In this document: in pieces, positions 63,368 to 64,000 of the stretch
How the letters are laid out: every line of letters begins with the position of its first letter
How positions within the stretch are numbered: the stretch's first letter is position 1
DNA from: Pyrinomonadaceae bacterium
Lineage (GTDB): Bacteria > Acidobacteriota > Blastocatellia > Pyrinomonadales > Pyrinomonadaceae
NCBI GenBank assembly: GCA_046313635.1
Contig: JBKBYA010000010.1
Location: forward strand, 32,001 to 96,000
DNA length: 64,000 nucleotides
Direction: 5' to 3'
Program-made: the position numbers and the translations under genes
Notes under the pieces: model-generated
Told to the model about the DNA's origin: nothing
Databases searched by the model: none
The model's input: only the letters and a program-made list of their open reading frames with translations

Positions 63368-64000
63368 CTAGGCCTTTATCGCCTCGACGATGCCGATCGG
63401 GCCGGCGGTCGGGATGATCCGCGACACGCGAAAGCCCGAATTCTCCAGCAGCCGCCTGAACTGCGACTCGGTGCGCTCGATGCCGCCCGGGACCAGAAGC
63501 ATCTCGAGGTCGAGCAGCTTGGCAAAGTGCGGCACGTTGCCCTCGGGTATAACGGCGTCGAGGATCAGCAGCCGCGCGTTCGCCGGCATATGTTTGCGGA
63601 TGTTGCAGAGTATGATGCGGTCGCGCTCGTCGTACCAGTCGTGAATGATGTGCTTGAGCAGATAGACGTCGGCGACGACCGGCACATCCTGCACAAAATC
63701 GCCCGAGACGATCGACACGCGATCGGCCACGCCGTGCGATTCGAGCAGTTCGTGGGCTCCGGCGAGCACCGACGGGAGGTCGAAGAGGATGCCTCTGGCC
63801 CCGGGATTCGCCTCGAGGACCGCGGCCAGCAGATGGCCGTATCCGCCCGCGATGTCCGCGATGACCCCGGCGCCGGCAAAGTCGTAAGCGTCAAGGATGG
63901 GACCGATCGTCTGGCTCGAGTACGACGTCATCGCCCGGTTAAAGATGGCGCCGAGCTCCTTGTTAGTTTCAAAAAGATACTGGAAGACAGGCTCGCCGTG
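63368..64000 (-). CDS. SAM-dependent O-methyltransferase (Methyltransf_2), 5' end outside the window
   Basis: FNRAMT, DIAGGYG, FDLP, GDF, KHIIHDW and GGIERT. Confidence 0.93.
   Translation of the reverse strand, partial: HGEPVFQYLFETNKELGAIFNRAMTSYSSQTIGPILDAYDFAGAGVIADIAGGYGHLLAAVLEANPGARGILFDLPSVLAGAHELLESHGVADRVSIVSGDFVQDVPVVADVYLLKHIIHDWYDERDRIILCNIRKHMPANARLLILDAVIPEGNVPHFAKLLDLEMLLVPGGIERTESQFRRLLENSGFRVSRIIPTAGPIGIVEAIKA

Overview
High-GC bacterial chromosome segment, densely packed with housekeeping genes. Gene content suggests Acidobacteriota, probably Blastocatellia-like; this is an inference from the VWFA-type protein, TPR-rich Ser/Thr kinases and fused LptC/A. Left to right: a minus-strand cluster (metallophosphoesterase, UbiD decarboxylase, hbd, membrane protein, thiolase, CoA-transferase, cytosine deaminase); divergent proline dehydrogenase and proS; a GNAT; a 38-aa membrane peptide; an ECF sigma/anti-sigma/Spy triad followed by mlaEFD; argR-C-D-F'-B; gap-pgk-tpiA-secG-tRNA-Leu; TolC, GT2, two exported proteins and a VWA protein; a ~20-kb minus-strand run from ftsY to ddl that includes lptB-rpoN-hpf-hprK-rapZ-EIIA-ptsH-arginase; an HD-GYP sensor divergent from two giant tandem Ser/Thr kinase-TPR genes, the second split by an in-frame TAA; a secreted alpha/beta-hydrolase; and a truncated O-methyltransferase. 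I saw no CRISPR array, IS, prophage or rRNA, and no unambiguous new system. The best leads are a ~135-nt rod-like structured element upstream of mlaE, the four-module kinase pair, catalytically altered RapZ and HprK, an 888-aa Lpt bridge fusion, a probably succinyl-specific ArgF', and several unexplained palindromes. All calls come from motifs recognised by eye; no database search was run.
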